Origin: Clostridia bacterium
GTDB taxonomy: Bacteria > Bacillota > Clostridia > CAKSNL01 > HGM11501
DNA: 63,519 nt
Direction of reading: 5' to 3'
NCBI GenBank assembly: GCA_045545475.1
Contig: JAZQAZ010000009.1
Location: forward strand, 1 to 63,519
Made by a program: the position numbers and the translations under genes. Within the stretch, counting starts at the first letter, position 1. Each line of letters begins with the position of its first letter. The notes beneath the pieces are model-generated. The model was given only the letters and a program-made list of their open reading frames with translations. It ran no database searches and was not told the DNA's origin. Of the stretch, positions 18,453-28,462 are shown piece after piece.

Positions 18453-19530
18453 TGTAAAGCATCACGAAAGCATGTTTCATATTTCAAAACGTGATGACAT
18501 GCCTATGGTAAAGGCCTGGGCGGTGCGAATTATAAGCATCTTAATTGCCTTGGCTGTTTGTGCCTTTGTTATAGTTCTTTTATCAAAGCAAAACCCCCTT
18601 AAGGTTTTCGGAGTAATGTTTGAAGGCTCGTTCGGTACTTCCAGAAGAATCCTTAAGCTGTGTCAGAATATTGCGATGCTCCTTTGCATATCCCTTGCTG
18701 TAACGCCTGCGTTCAAAATGAAATTCTGGAACATAGGGGCAGAGGGACAAACCCTTGTGGGATGTCTTGCATCAGCTGTAATGATGCTTTATTTCGGACA
18801 GACAATGCCTCTTTGGATACTTCTTCCCTTAATGCTTATAGTAAGTATAATAGCAGGTGTAATCTGGGGTATAATCCCTGCGTTTTTCAAGGCGAATTTC
18901 GGGACAAACGAAACTCTTTTCACCCTTATGATGAACTATGTTGCAACTCAGGTTGTATCGGTGTTTATCGCTGTTAAGGTTAAGTCAGGTTCTCAGGTTA
19001 TGGGCGTTATCCAGGGTGGATGGATGCCTAAGCTTTTCGGAAAAGATTATCTTATAAATATCATAATAGTTATACTTTTAACCATAGGAATGTATATCTA
19101 TTTCAAGTATTCGAAGCACGGATATGAAATTTCCGTTGTGGGTGAAAGCGAAAATACGGCACGTTATATAGGAATAAATGTAAAAAAAGTAATTATGCGT
19201 ACCATGGCGTTATCCGGCGGTCTTTGCGGTCTGGCAGGCTTTTTGCTTGTAGCAGGTGAACATCACACGGTTGCTACAGACACTGTCGGCGGTATGGGAT
19301 TTACGGCAATTATGGTTTCGTGGCTTGCTAAATTCAACCCCGTAGTAATGATGCTTGTATCCTTCCTCATTGCTTTCATGGAAAGCGGAGCGGGGGAAAT
19401 CGCAACTCAGTGCGGACTCAATCAGAGCATCGCCGATATTCTTACGGGTATAATAATATTCTTCATCATCGGAAGCGAATTTTTTGTACAGTATAAAATC
19501 AATTTCCGACAGAAGCATAAGGAGGCATGA
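18445..19530 (+). CDS. ABC transporter permease (BPD_transp_2)
   Basis: WNIGAEGQ, G.S...ARYIGI, multiple TMs. Confidence 0.9.
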   Translation: MSNVKHHESMFHISKRDDMPMVKAWAVRIISILIALAVCAFVIVLLSKQNPLKVFGVMFEGSFGTSRRILKLCQNIAMLLCISLAVTPAFKMKFWNIGAEGQTLVGCLASAVMMLYFGQTMPLWILLPLMLIVSIIAGVIWGIIPAFFKANFGTNETLFTLMMNYVATQVVSVFIAVKVKSGSQVMGVIQGGWMPKLFGKDYLINIIIVILLTIGMYIYFKYSKHGYEISVVGESENTARYIGINVKKVIMRTMALSGGLCGLAGFLLVAGEHHTVATDTVGGMGFTAIMVSWLAKFNPVVMMLVSFLIAFMESGAGEIATQCGLNQSIADILTGIIIFFIIGSEFFVQYKINFRQKHKEA

Positions 19531-19533
19531 GTA

Positions 19534-20520
19534 ATGTTTGCAACAATAATTAATAAAGCAATCGTGCAGGGCATTCCTCTGCTTTTCGGCTCCACGGGAG
19601 AAATAATAACAGAAAAATCAGGTAATCTTAATCTTGGTATTCCGGGAATTATGTATGTGGGCGGAAGTGCCGGTGTGCTTGGTGCATATCTTTATGAGAG
19701 AAGCTGCATGCTTTCCGGAACTGCACCTGTTGGCTTTTGGTGCATAGTTATTCCGCTTCTTTCATCCCTTTTAGGCTCTGCACTTCTTGCTCTTATCTAC
19801 AGCTTTCTTACAATAACATTGAGAGCTAACCAGAACGTAACAGGACTTGCACTTACCACCTTCGGCGTGGGATTCGGTGACTTCTTCGGCGGCTCTCTTA
19901 CAAAAATTTTCGGCGAAGGCGGAAACCTTAATGTAAAGACTACGGCAGATTATTTTAAGGTAACTCTTCCTTTTGCGGACGAGCTCGGAGCGTTCGGTAA
20001 AATTTTCTTTTCCTATGGATTTTTGGTATATGTGGCAATTATAATTGCTTTTGTATCAGCGTTTATCCTTAAGAAAACCAGGGTTGGTCTCCATCTTCGT
20101 GCAGTGGGTGAAAATCCTGCAACAGCAGATGCTGCAGGAATAAGCGTTTCCAAGTATAAGTATGCAGCAACAATTATAGGTGGTGCCATAGCAGGTCTCG
20201 GCGGACTTTACTTTATAATGGACTATACCGGCGGCTCATGGACGAACGGCGGCTTCGGTGACCGTGGATGGCTTGCCATAGCTCTTGTAATTTTCGCACT
20301 TTGGAAGCCTAATGTGGGCATACTCGGTTCTTTCATTTTCGGTGGACTTTATATAGCCAGCGTTTATATTGAAGGCCTTGGAAATGCAACAAAAGAAATG
20401 ATAAAGATGCTTCCTTACCTTGTAACAATAGTGGTACTTATTATAACAAGTATGAGAAATAAAAAGGAAAATCAGCCTCCTCAGAGCCTGGGACTTCCTT
20501 ATTTCAGAGAAGAAAGATAA
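19534..20520 (+). CDS. ABC transporter permease (BPD_transp_2)
   Basis: EKSGNLNLG, LRAVGENPATADAAGI, LPYLVT. Confidence 0.9.
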   Translation: MFATIINKAIVQGIPLLFGSTGEIITEKSGNLNLGIPGIMYVGGSAGVLGAYLYERSCMLSGTAPVGFWCIVIPLLSSLLGSALLALIYSFLTITLRANQNVTGLALTTFGVGFGDFFGGSLTKIFGEGGNLNVKTTADYFKVTLPFADELGAFGKIFFSYGFLVYVAIIIAFVSAFILKKTRVGLHLRAVGENPATADAAGISVSKYKYAATIIGGAIAGLGGLYFIMDYTGGSWTNGGFGDRGWLAIALVIFALWKPNVGILGSFIFGGLYIASVYIEGLGNATKEMIKMLPYLVTIVVLIITSMRNKKENQPPQSLGLPYFREER

Positions 20521-20525
20521 AAAAT

Positions 20526-20548
20526 GTGCTGTGGCTTTGCCACAGCAC
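20526..20548. terminator. Bidirectional terminator, identical to 26406-26428
   Basis: GTGCTGTGGC ttt GCCACAGCAC flanked by A/T tracts. Confidence 0.8.
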
Positions 20549-20554
20549 ATTTTT

Positions 20555-21442
20555 TCATTTGTTTAAAAGGGTCCTTACTGAAAAAGCGTTTTCGGTATCA
20601 CGCTGACGTTTTCTGTATTCAGATGGAGTAAGGCCGTAAAACTTACGGAATTTCCTTGAAAAATAGCATGGATCGTCATAGCCTAAAGAAGATGAAATAT
20701 CTCCTACGTCCATATCTGTTTCGCCGATTAACTTTCCTGCCTTTCGCATTGAAAGGTCGGTTGCATATTTAAGGGGAGAAAGGCCTGTGACTTCCTTGAA
20801 AAGATGTATGAAATAATAGGCGTCAATTCCGCAGAGGGCTGCATATTCTTCGTTGGTTTTGTGAGGGAAGGGGTTGTTTTCTATTTCTCTTAAGGCAGGA
20901 AGAAGCTTTGCGTATTTTGCGGACTTTTTGCTTTCGTTTTTTATTTCCCTGGCAAGAAAGGACATGTAGTCAAGAAAAACAGAAACTGATTTAATTTCAT
21001 AGCAAGGCTTTTGGCGGCGTATCTCCTCAATCATTGTATGAATGTAAGTGATAGCTGTGCTGTTTACCTGGGTGTGAAATATTTTAAGGGGAGAAAAACC
21101 TGTGGATTCCACAAGCTCACTTGCCGCATGGCCGGTAAAATGTACCCAGGCATAGCTTGTAAGCTCGGCAACACAGCGGTATCTCTGAAGAACTCCGGGA
21201 GGGTATATGATAATGTCTCCGGGGGCAAGATACGAAACTGAACCGTCTGCAAAATGATGTTCCATTTTTCCGGAAAACACATAAATTATCTGCCAGTCGG
21301 GAAGGCCGTTGGGGCGGTTCGTGCCGTAAGTTTTTGAAATCATATCCTTATAGTAACCGGTATTGTTTATGTGAAGAAATTCATCTGAGGCGTTATGGAT
21401 GCCGCTGGAATCCGTGCCGTAGTAGGCTGATTGAAAAAGCAT
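20555..21442 (-). CDS. AraC family regulator
   Basis: WVHFTG; LGYDDPCYFSRKFRKFYGLTPSEYR; start after AAGGAG. Confidence 0.9.
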   Translation of the reverse strand: MLFQSAYYGTDSSGIHNASDEFLHINNTGYYKDMISKTYGTNRPNGLPDWQIIYVFSGKMEHHFADGSVSYLAPGDIIIYPPGVLQRYRCVAELTSYAWVHFTGHAASELVESTGFSPLKIFHTQVNSTAITYIHTMIEEIRRQKPCYEIKSVSVFLDYMSFLAREIKNESKKSAKYAKLLPALREIENNPFPHKTNEEYAALCGIDAYYFIHLFKEVTGLSPLKYATDLSMRKAGKLIGETDMDVGDISSSLGYDDPCYFSRKFRKFYGLTPSEYRKRQRDTENAFSVRTLLNK

Positions 21443-21641
21443 GGGATAAATCTCCTTTATATTACAAAATTGCTTTTTTATGAAATTTACAAATCTGAAA
21501 AGTGCATCTTGGCGTATTATAGCACAGATTTTATAAAAAAGCAATATTGTCCTGTATTTAATCGCAATTTTGTTCATTGACTAAGTTTTCTATGTGTGTT
21601 ATTATATTTAAAAGAACCTTAAATGTAAAAGGAGGATAAAT

Positions 21642-24413
21642 ATGAAAAGGTTTCTATGTGTTTTACTTGCTTTGGTCATGCTCTCCGGTATGATTACGGT
21701 CGCATCAGCAGCGGAGATTACCCTTACCGCATCGGATGTGGCTGATAAGTCAGATACAGGCGTAGCTGTTGTTGACGGAAGTATAAAAAGCTGGAAGGAC
21801 GGGGGCTACGTTGGCTTCAAGGTAAAAATGGATGGTGTAAAGTCTATTTCAATGGAGGTTTCCACAGTTATCGTTGACTGGACAAACGGCGAAGCTTTCA
21901 GAATAAGACTTGACAACCCAAAAGACGGTGAGTTTTTGGGTTATATGCTTATAAATAAAAACGGTACCAATACATATAAAATGGCAGTTGAAGGCACCTT
22001 CACGGGTGAGAGAATGCTCTACATCGTGCAGAACTATCATATGCAGGGACACGTTGATATAAAGAGTGTTACTCTGTCATCTGAGGAATATACTCCTGAA
22101 TTGCTGACTCCTGTGCCGGACAGTGATATTATTGATAATTATTCGGATACCTGGGTTGCAACAGACGGCCTGGGAAGACGTATTGCAGACTATGAAGAAG
22201 CCGGCCCCGTGAAAGAGGGAGAACGTCAGGTGGGAATTTTCTACTGGCCTAACCATCAGGGAGATAAGAGCGCGGTAATTGCATCTGAGGCTATTAAAAA
22301 ATATCCCGAAGCTAAGACCGATTATGATCATCCGATTTGGTTTACTCCCGGCAACTCAAGTCCCGGTTCAATTTATTGGAATGAGCCTCTCTTCGGCTTT
22401 TATAACGGCGAAGATTACTGGGTATTCCGTCGCCATGCGGAAATGCTTGCAAATGCAGGCGTGGATGCCATATTCTTCGATTGCACCAACGGCGACAGAA
22501 GCTTTGTAATATCTGCGGGTATGTGCTTCAAAGCATTCCACGATGCAAGGGAAGCGGGCATTGATGCACCGAAAATTTCCTTCTATATGCCCATGGGTGC
22601 AACTCACGAAGAAAAATGGCGTATGTTAAAATCCGCTTATCTCAACTTCTACGAAAGCGGAGAATATGCTGACCTCTGGTTTATGCTTGACGGTAAACCC
22701 ATGCTTCTTGCAAACGAAATTGAAGGCGGAACAGGCAGGGCGGATAAGGAAGATCCCGAAGATATGGGACTTGCTTCCGATATTAAAAAATTCTTTTCTG
22801 TAAGGGGAAGCGGTGCCCGCCGTGCAGAAGATTATCTTGAGGGAGATTGGCACTGGTTAAGTCCCTATCCTCAGCCTCTTCGTGGCATTTGTGATGACGG
22901 AAGAGCGGAATTTATAAACGTAGGCGTTGCTTTAAATGAATCATACGAAACCGGAGGCGTGGGTACAGAAGCCTTTTCCGATGAATATATAAAGGGCCGT
23001 AGCTATACTGAAGCCTTCGGCGAAGATTACAGACCTGAGGCAACTCGTCACGGCTATTTCATGCAGGAACAGATTTCACGCGCTTTAACAGAAGATCCTC
23101 ACTTTGTATTTATTACAGGCTGGAACGAATGGCATGTAAGCCGTTCCAAGGAGCTCGGCGGAAAAACCAACGTATTTATCGACCTTTTCGATGATGAGGG
23201 AAGCCGTGATATTGAACCTACAAAAGGCCCCTTGGGTGACGACTATTATAATCTTATGGCTGACTTTATAAGGAAGTACAAAGGAGTTCGTCCTGCACCT
23301 TTAGCAAGCGGTGCAAAGACCATTGATATTAAAGGAGATGTCTCTCAGTGGGATGGCGTAGGTCCTGAGTTTGTTGCAGATATGGGCGGTTATGAAAGAG
23401 ATGTATATTCAAATAAGGACGTGGAAACTCAGGAATTGCTTCACTATACCGCAAAGGTAAACAATGTAATATTGCGTTCCAAAGTAAGCTATGATGAAAA
23501 AAATATTTACTTTATGGTAAAAACTAAGGATGCCATAAAGGAAGGCAAAAACTTTATGCATCTTTATATAAACACCGACAGAAACTATCAGACAGGCTGG
23601 GAAGGCTATGACTATGCCGTAAATATCGGTGAACTCGGCAAGGTTTCAAAGTTTGGTGACAAGGCATACACACTTACTGACGCAGGAAAAGCAACTTACA
23701 GCATAAATGATAACGTAATGCAGCTTGCGATTCCCAGAAGCATAATCGGAAAAACAGCGGACGTTGAAATGGAATTCAAGTGGTCAGATTATGTCGATAT
23801 TGCAGGTGATGTACTTAACTTCTATCTTGAAGGCTCAACTGCACCAATGGGACGTTTTAACTATCTTTATACAGAAATAGAGCAGAAGTCTTTAACCGAA
23901 ACAGAAAGACTTAATCTTACGGATTGCACCGTGATGGTGGCAGGCAAAAACGAAATGGTTGTAAACGGCGGAAAAATGAAGGTTTATGAGCCGGATACAA
24001 GATATTCTACTGTTACTGAAAACGGCATGCTCTATTTCCCCGCAGTAGCACTTTCCGACATTTTAGGCTACGGAAGAACAAAGGTTGAGTGGGGCAATGT
24101 TGAAAGCGATATGTTAATTGTGAAGACTCACACCCTTGAAAATTCCACCGATGAGGATGCGACGTGGAACGGAAAGAAGATTGTTTCTACATGGATTTAT
24201 ACAACAGCAGGCACAAACGAAGTATTTATCGGAGGAAGAAGTGCTACGCTCACTCATCCTGTTAAGGTTATAAACGGACTTTGCTATGTTCCGGCAAGCC
24301 TGCTTTCCGATTGCTTCGGATATAAAGTAACAAATAACGGCGATGTGTGGACAATGACAAAATCCGGCGTGTCTGCTGAGCTTACAGCTAAAGCGGCAGA
24401 GCTTATTAGATAA
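21642..24413 (+). CDS. Secreted multidomain putative glycoside hydrolase (CBM6-like, GH99/GH71-like barrel, beta-sandwich, stalk-like C-terminus)
   Basis: Signal peptide; IRLDNP..G; YWNEPLFGFY..RRHAEMLANAGVD.IFFDCTN; FITGWNEW; P.KVING.CYVPA at the C-terminus. Confidence 0.65.
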   Translation: MKRFLCVLLALVMLSGMITVASAAEITLTASDVADKSDTGVAVVDGSIKSWKDGGYVGFKVKMDGVKSISMEVSTVIVDWTNGEAFRIRLDNPKDGEFLGYMLINKNGTNTYKMAVEGTFTGERMLYIVQNYHMQGHVDIKSVTLSSEEYTPELLTPVPDSDIIDNYSDTWVATDGLGRRIADYEEAGPVKEGERQVGIFYWPNHQGDKSAVIASEAIKKYPEAKTDYDHPIWFTPGNSSPGSIYWNEPLFGFYNGEDYWVFRRHAEMLANAGVDAIFFDCTNGDRSFVISAGMCFKAFHDAREAGIDAPKISFYMPMGATHEEKWRMLKSAYLNFYESGEYADLWFMLDGKPMLLANEIEGGTGRADKEDPEDMGLASDIKKFFSVRGSGARRAEDYLEGDWHWLSPYPQPLRGICDDGRAEFINVGVALNESYETGGVGTEAFSDEYIKGRSYTEAFGEDYRPEATRHGYFMQEQISRALTEDPHFVFITGWNEWHVSRSKELGGKTNVFIDLFDDEGSRDIEPTKGPLGDDYYNLMADFIRKYKGVRPAPLASGAKTIDIKGDVSQWDGVGPEFVADMGGYERDVYSNKDVETQELLHYTAKVNNVILRSKVSYDEKNIYFMVKTKDAIKEGKNFMHLYINTDRNYQTGWEGYDYAVNIGELGKVSKFGDKAYTLTDAGKATYSINDNVMQLAIPRSIIGKTADVEMEFKWSDYVDIAGDVLNFYLEGSTAPMGRFNYLYTEIEQKSLTETERLNLTDCTVMVAGKNEMVVNGGKMKVYEPDTRYSTVTENGMLYFPAVALSDILGYGRTKVEWGNVESDMLIVKTHTLENSTDEDATWNGKKIVSTWIYTTAGTNEVFIGGRSATLTHPVKVINGLCYVPASLLSDCFGYKVTNNGDVWTMTKSGVSAELTAKAAELIR

Positions 24414-24425
24414 GGAGGCATTGAT

Positions 24426-26399
24426 ATGAAGAAAATATTATCATTATTATTTGTTTGTTCGTTAATACTTTGCCTTATGATTCCCGTATCGGCTGCCGAA
24501 TATCTTGATAAGTCCATGTTTACTGTGAGGGTTTCAAGCCTTTATCCCGAATCAAGCGTTGATTATATGATTGACGGTGATGCAAAAACCTACTGGCATT
24601 CCTTCTACAGAGCTGAAGGCTCTACTATCGTTGAAAAGGATAAGGTTCCTTATTACATTTATATTGAACTTCCGGCAGAAGAGGTTATTTCGGGATTTAC
24701 CTACACTCCCCGTATTGACAACACAAACGGAACTGCAAGAAGCTATAATTTCTATGCATCCATCGACGGAGAAACGGCTTATCTTATAGATTCCGGTGAA
24801 GGCATTCAGGACAAAACGCCTTTTACAAAGGATTTTGGAAAGAGCTATAGGGTGAAGGGAATTGTATTTGAAATCACATCAAGTGTTAACTCATATGGTA
24901 CCTGTGCGGAATTCGACCTTATAAGGGGAAGCGGAAGCACTACGGAAATACCCAAGGGCTCCTATGTAAGCATGAAGGGCGGAAGTGCTACACTTGCTCC
25001 CGAGGATGACCCTTATTATGTTAAGAATCCCATTAAAAGAGACGGATGGAAAGTAAGTGTAAACAGTGTAAGAGAAACTTCTCCCGCTTCCTTGATGACA
25101 GACGGAGAAAAAGATACCTACTGGCATTCAAATTACACAAATGAAGGCTCCAAAATAACAGGTCACGACGAGCCTCCCTTCCTTATTACGATTGAGCTTC
25201 CCGCATCTGAGTATGTAAGCGGACTTTCCTACACTCCCCGTCAGGATCAGGGAACGGGCAGATTTTTAACATATAACGTATATGCAGCGGATTCCGCGGA
25301 TGGCGAAAAATATCTTGTAAAAAGCGGAGATTTTATGAACAGCCCGGCAAACGGAACTGTGGACTTCGGAATAAACATAAAGGCAAAGGTATTTATTCTT
25401 GAAGCTACAGCCACTCAGGGCGGCTACGGCACCTGTGCAGAAATAAATTTAAGCGGTAAGGATGAAAAATATAATTCGGCCGAAAGTGCGGAGGCCTTCG
25501 AGGAAGCTATGGCTGAAATAAGACCTTATACGGTGAATACAGATGGCTTTATTATTACGGCAAACTCCTCCTGGGGCGATAATATGACAGCTGCTGCGGC
25601 GTTTGACGGAAAGAATAATACAATCTGGCACACCGATCCCGCCGACAAAGGCAAAACCTTTGTTATAACCGTAGATATGGGAAAAGAACATTCCTTAAAA
25701 GGATTTGACTATGTGCCCAGAAACAATGACGATTCGGGATTTTTATTCAAATTCTCGGTTCTCGGTAGTGTTGACGGCAAAGACTATTTCGACTTAAACG
25801 GAGAAATGATTGAAATAAAACAGGAAGAAATGGATAAGAAAAAGACCTATCATTTCGACTTTCCTTCAATTGAGGATGCAAGATTTATAAAAATCGAAAT
25901 TCATTCAAGCTTTTTAGGTCACGCTTCTGTGGGAGAATTTGTTCTTTACGAAACAAGGGAAAGCTTTGAGAATGCAAATAAAAAGGACACCGAGAAATAT
26001 GTTCTTGCAATAGGCAGAAAAGAAATAACTGCAGAGCATAACGATGAAAAAACGGAAATTACCTTGGACGTTGCTCCCTATATTGATAACGGCAGAACAA
26101 TGATTCCTTTAAGAGGACTTCTTGAGGCAATGGGGGCTACCATCGAGTGGCAGGGTGATACAAGAACAATCGTGGTTAAGAAGGATGTAAACGTAATAAC
26201 CCTTCAGATTATTAACAACCTTGTTTATGTGTATAAGTATGTGGGCGGCGAATATAAAACTGTTCGTTATACTTTGGATGTACCGCCTAAAATCAAGGAT
26301 TCAAGAACCTTTATTCCCATAAGATTTGTGTCCGAGCACCTTGGATATTCTGTGACATGGAATGGCGAAACTCAGGAAATTACAATAGAAAATAAGTAA
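24426..26399 (+). CDS. Secreted protein with three F5/8 type C (CBM32-like) domains and a copper-amine-oxidase-N-like domain
   Basis: Three DG...T.WH..Y.PR repeats; APYIDNGRTMIPLR and RTFIPIRFVSEHLG..V.W. Confidence 0.82.
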   Translation: MKKILSLLFVCSLILCLMIPVSAAEYLDKSMFTVRVSSLYPESSVDYMIDGDAKTYWHSFYRAEGSTIVEKDKVPYYIYIELPAEEVISGFTYTPRIDNTNGTARSYNFYASIDGETAYLIDSGEGIQDKTPFTKDFGKSYRVKGIVFEITSSVNSYGTCAEFDLIRGSGSTTEIPKGSYVSMKGGSATLAPEDDPYYVKNPIKRDGWKVSVNSVRETSPASLMTDGEKDTYWHSNYTNEGSKITGHDEPPFLITIELPASEYVSGLSYTPRQDQGTGRFLTYNVYAADSADGEKYLVKSGDFMNSPANGTVDFGINIKAKVFILEATATQGGYGTCAEINLSGKDEKYNSAESAEAFEEAMAEIRPYTVNTDGFIITANSSWGDNMTAAAAFDGKNNTIWHTDPADKGKTFVITVDMGKEHSLKGFDYVPRNNDDSGFLFKFSVLGSVDGKDYFDLNGEMIEIKQEEMDKKKTYHFDFPSIEDARFIKIEIHSSFLGHASVGEFVLYETRESFENANKKDTEKYVLAIGRKEITAEHNDEKTEITLDVAPYIDNGRTMIPLRGLLEAMGATIEWQGDTRTIVVKKDVNVITLQIINNLVYVYKYVGGEYKTVRYTLDVPPKIKDSRTFIPIRFVSEHLGYSVTWNGETQEITIENK

Positions 26400-26405
26400 G
26401 AAAAA

Positions 26406-26428
26406 GTGCTGTGGCTTTGCCACAGCAC
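26406..26428. terminator. Bidirectional terminator, identical to 20526-20548
   Basis: GTGCTGTGGCTTTGCCACAGCAC. Confidence 0.8.
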
Positions 26429-26430
26429 TT

Positions 26431-27579
26431 TTATATTAAGGAAAGGTATAGCTTTTTGATATCCTCTATGGTAACTTCTCTTGGGTTACCCGGGCGGCAG
26501 GCATCATAAAATGCACTTTCGGAAAGAAAGTCAATGTCATCTTCCGAGGCGATATCCCGGAGGTCTTTCGGGATTTTAAGTGCGGCGGAGAGATTTTTTA
26601 CAGCCTCGATTGCCGCATCCTTTGCTTCTTCTTCGGATAAAGCGTCTGTATTTTCGCATCCCATAGCCTTTGCAATATGTCGGTATTTATCGCCCACCCA
26701 GTCACGGTTAAATTCCATAACGTGAGGGAGAATTATTGCATTGGCAACACCGTGCGGTGTTTTGTAAAAGGCACTTATCGGGTGGGACATTGAGTGAACT
26801 ATGCCAAGGCCTGCGTTGGAAAATCCCATTCCGGCAATAAACTGACCGAGAGCCATAGAAGAAAAAGCGTCTTTATTACCCTCTGCGGCATCCTTTAATG
26901 ATGAGGATATAAGGCGGATTGCGTTTAAGGTTAAAATGTCTGAAAGCGGAGTTGCGTTTTTAGTTATATAACCTTCGATGGCATGGGTTAAAGCATCCAT
27001 TCCCGTGGCGGCAGTAAGGTCAGGAGGCATTGAAATCATCATGGAAGGATCAACAAATGCGGCCACGGGGATTGACTGATGGCAAATGCACACCATCTTT
27101 TTCTTATTATCAGAATCGGTAATTACAAAAAATACCGTGGCTTCTGCAGCACTTCCTGCCGTTGTTGGTACGGCCAAAAGAGGAACCGGGCGGTTTTTAA
27201 CATTCTTAAATCCTTCTAAACTTACGACATCGGAAAATTCGGGGTTGGTTATGATTATTCCTATTGCTTTGGCTGTATCAATGGGACTTCCTCCTCCGAC
27301 CGCAAGGATAAAATCCGCACCGGAGGCTTTGTATGCATCAACGCCCTTTGATACGCTGTCTGTAGAAGGGTTTGGTTCTATCTCGGAAAAAATTTCAAAG
27401 GGAATGTTGAATTTTTCCAGAATGTCTGTAACCTTGTCTGTGATTTTAGCAAGGCATAAGTCATTGTCTGTGACAACGAAGGCTTTTTTTAATCCTCGGT
27501 GCTTCACTTCACCGGGAATTTCCTCGATAGCACCTTCTCCGTGATAAGAAGTTTCGTTAAAAATAAATTTATGCGGCAA
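26431..27579 (-). CDS. fucO: Iron-containing alcohol dehydrogenase, lactaldehyde reductase (FucO)-like
   Basis: LNETSYHG-like N-terminus, GGGSPID, PTTAG, DALTHAIEGY, HSMSH, HGVANA; start uncertain. Confidence 0.75.
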   Translation of the reverse strand: MPHKFIFNETSYHGEGAIEEIPGEVKHRGLKKAFVVTDNDLCLAKITDKVTDILEKFNIPFEIFSEIEPNPSTDSVSKGVDAYKASGADFILAVGGGSPIDTAKAIGIIITNPEFSDVVSLEGFKNVKNRPVPLLAVPTTAGSAAEATVFFVITDSDNKKKMVCICHQSIPVAAFVDPSMMISMPPDLTAATGMDALTHAIEGYITKNATPLSDILTLNAIRLISSSLKDAAEGNKDAFSSMALGQFIAGMGFSNAGLGIVHSMSHPISAFYKTPHGVANAIILPHVMEFNRDWVGDKYRHIAKAMGCENTDALSEEEAKDAAIEAVKNLSAALKIPKDLRDIASEDDIDFLSESAFYDACRPGNPREVTIEDIKKLYLSLI

Positions 27580-27631
27580 AAAAATCATTCCTTTCAAGGA
27601 ATAGTTTGCCGCATAGTATGTTTTCTATTCA

Positions 27632-28366
27632 TTATCTTACATCTTTTGGTGATTTCCCCAGTATTTTAAAAAACACATTTCTGAAATGATTTGAGGAAGA
27701 AAAGCCCGACCGCCAGCTTACTTCTTCAACGGGCATATCCGTCTGGGTAAGAAGATAAAGTGCGTGCTGTATACACACATTATGCTTGTAATTTATGGGC
27801 GAAACGCCGGTTGCCTTTTTAAAGGCGGCATAAAAATGCGGCTCCGAATAGTTGCAGAGGGATGCAAGATGGGAAACGGTTATGCTTTTATTATAGTTCT
27901 GCTCAATGTATTCTATGGCGGGTAAAACAGCAGAAAGGGCAGGGTTACCCACGGTCAGTTTTCCTGAAAGATCAGAAAGAAGTAGATAAAATTTTCCCAA
28001 AGCCTCTGTGTGATTGCTTTCGTAGGAAGCATAAATTTCGTTAAATATATCAGCAGGATAATTTTTTAAAATCTGAAAAGGGAAAGAAGAAAAAGCCTTT
28101 CTGTCGGTAAAAGAGAAGCTGACAGAATAAAATATTACCTCCGGCTCACCTTGCCAGAAGGAGTAATACTTTGTGCCGGCGGCAATATAAATAAGGTCAC
28201 CCTCGTTTGCAAAAAGAGTTTTGCCATGATACAAAAACTCTGCAGTACCGCATAATAGGTAACCTATGCAGGGGCTTGTGAAGGTAATAAAGTCCCCGGT
28301 TGTGTGATGTTTGGGATAAGCGTATTTATCCATATAAAAGGATTTCACATAAATTTTTTCGTTCAT
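27632..28366 (-). CDS. AraC family regulator
   Basis: FKKATGVSP; SGFSSSNHFRNVF. Confidence 0.88.
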   Translation of the reverse strand: MNEKIYVKSFYMDKYAYPKHHTTGDFITFTSPCIGYLLCGTAEFLYHGKTLFANEGDLIYIAAGTKYYSFWQGEPEVIFYSVSFSFTDRKAFSSFPFQILKNYPADIFNEIYASYESNHTEALGKFYLLLSDLSGKLTVGNPALSAVLPAIEYIEQNYNKSITVSHLASLCNYSEPHFYAAFKKATGVSPINYKHNVCIQHALYLLTQTDMPVEEVSWRSGFSSSNHFRNVFFKILGKSPKDVR

Positions 28367-28462
28367 ACAATCACCGAATCATAGAATAGTTACTTTTTTG
28401 GATAGTATACGCTATTGAAAAGCTTTTGTCAAGATAGTATACTTAAGCCGAGGAGTGATATT

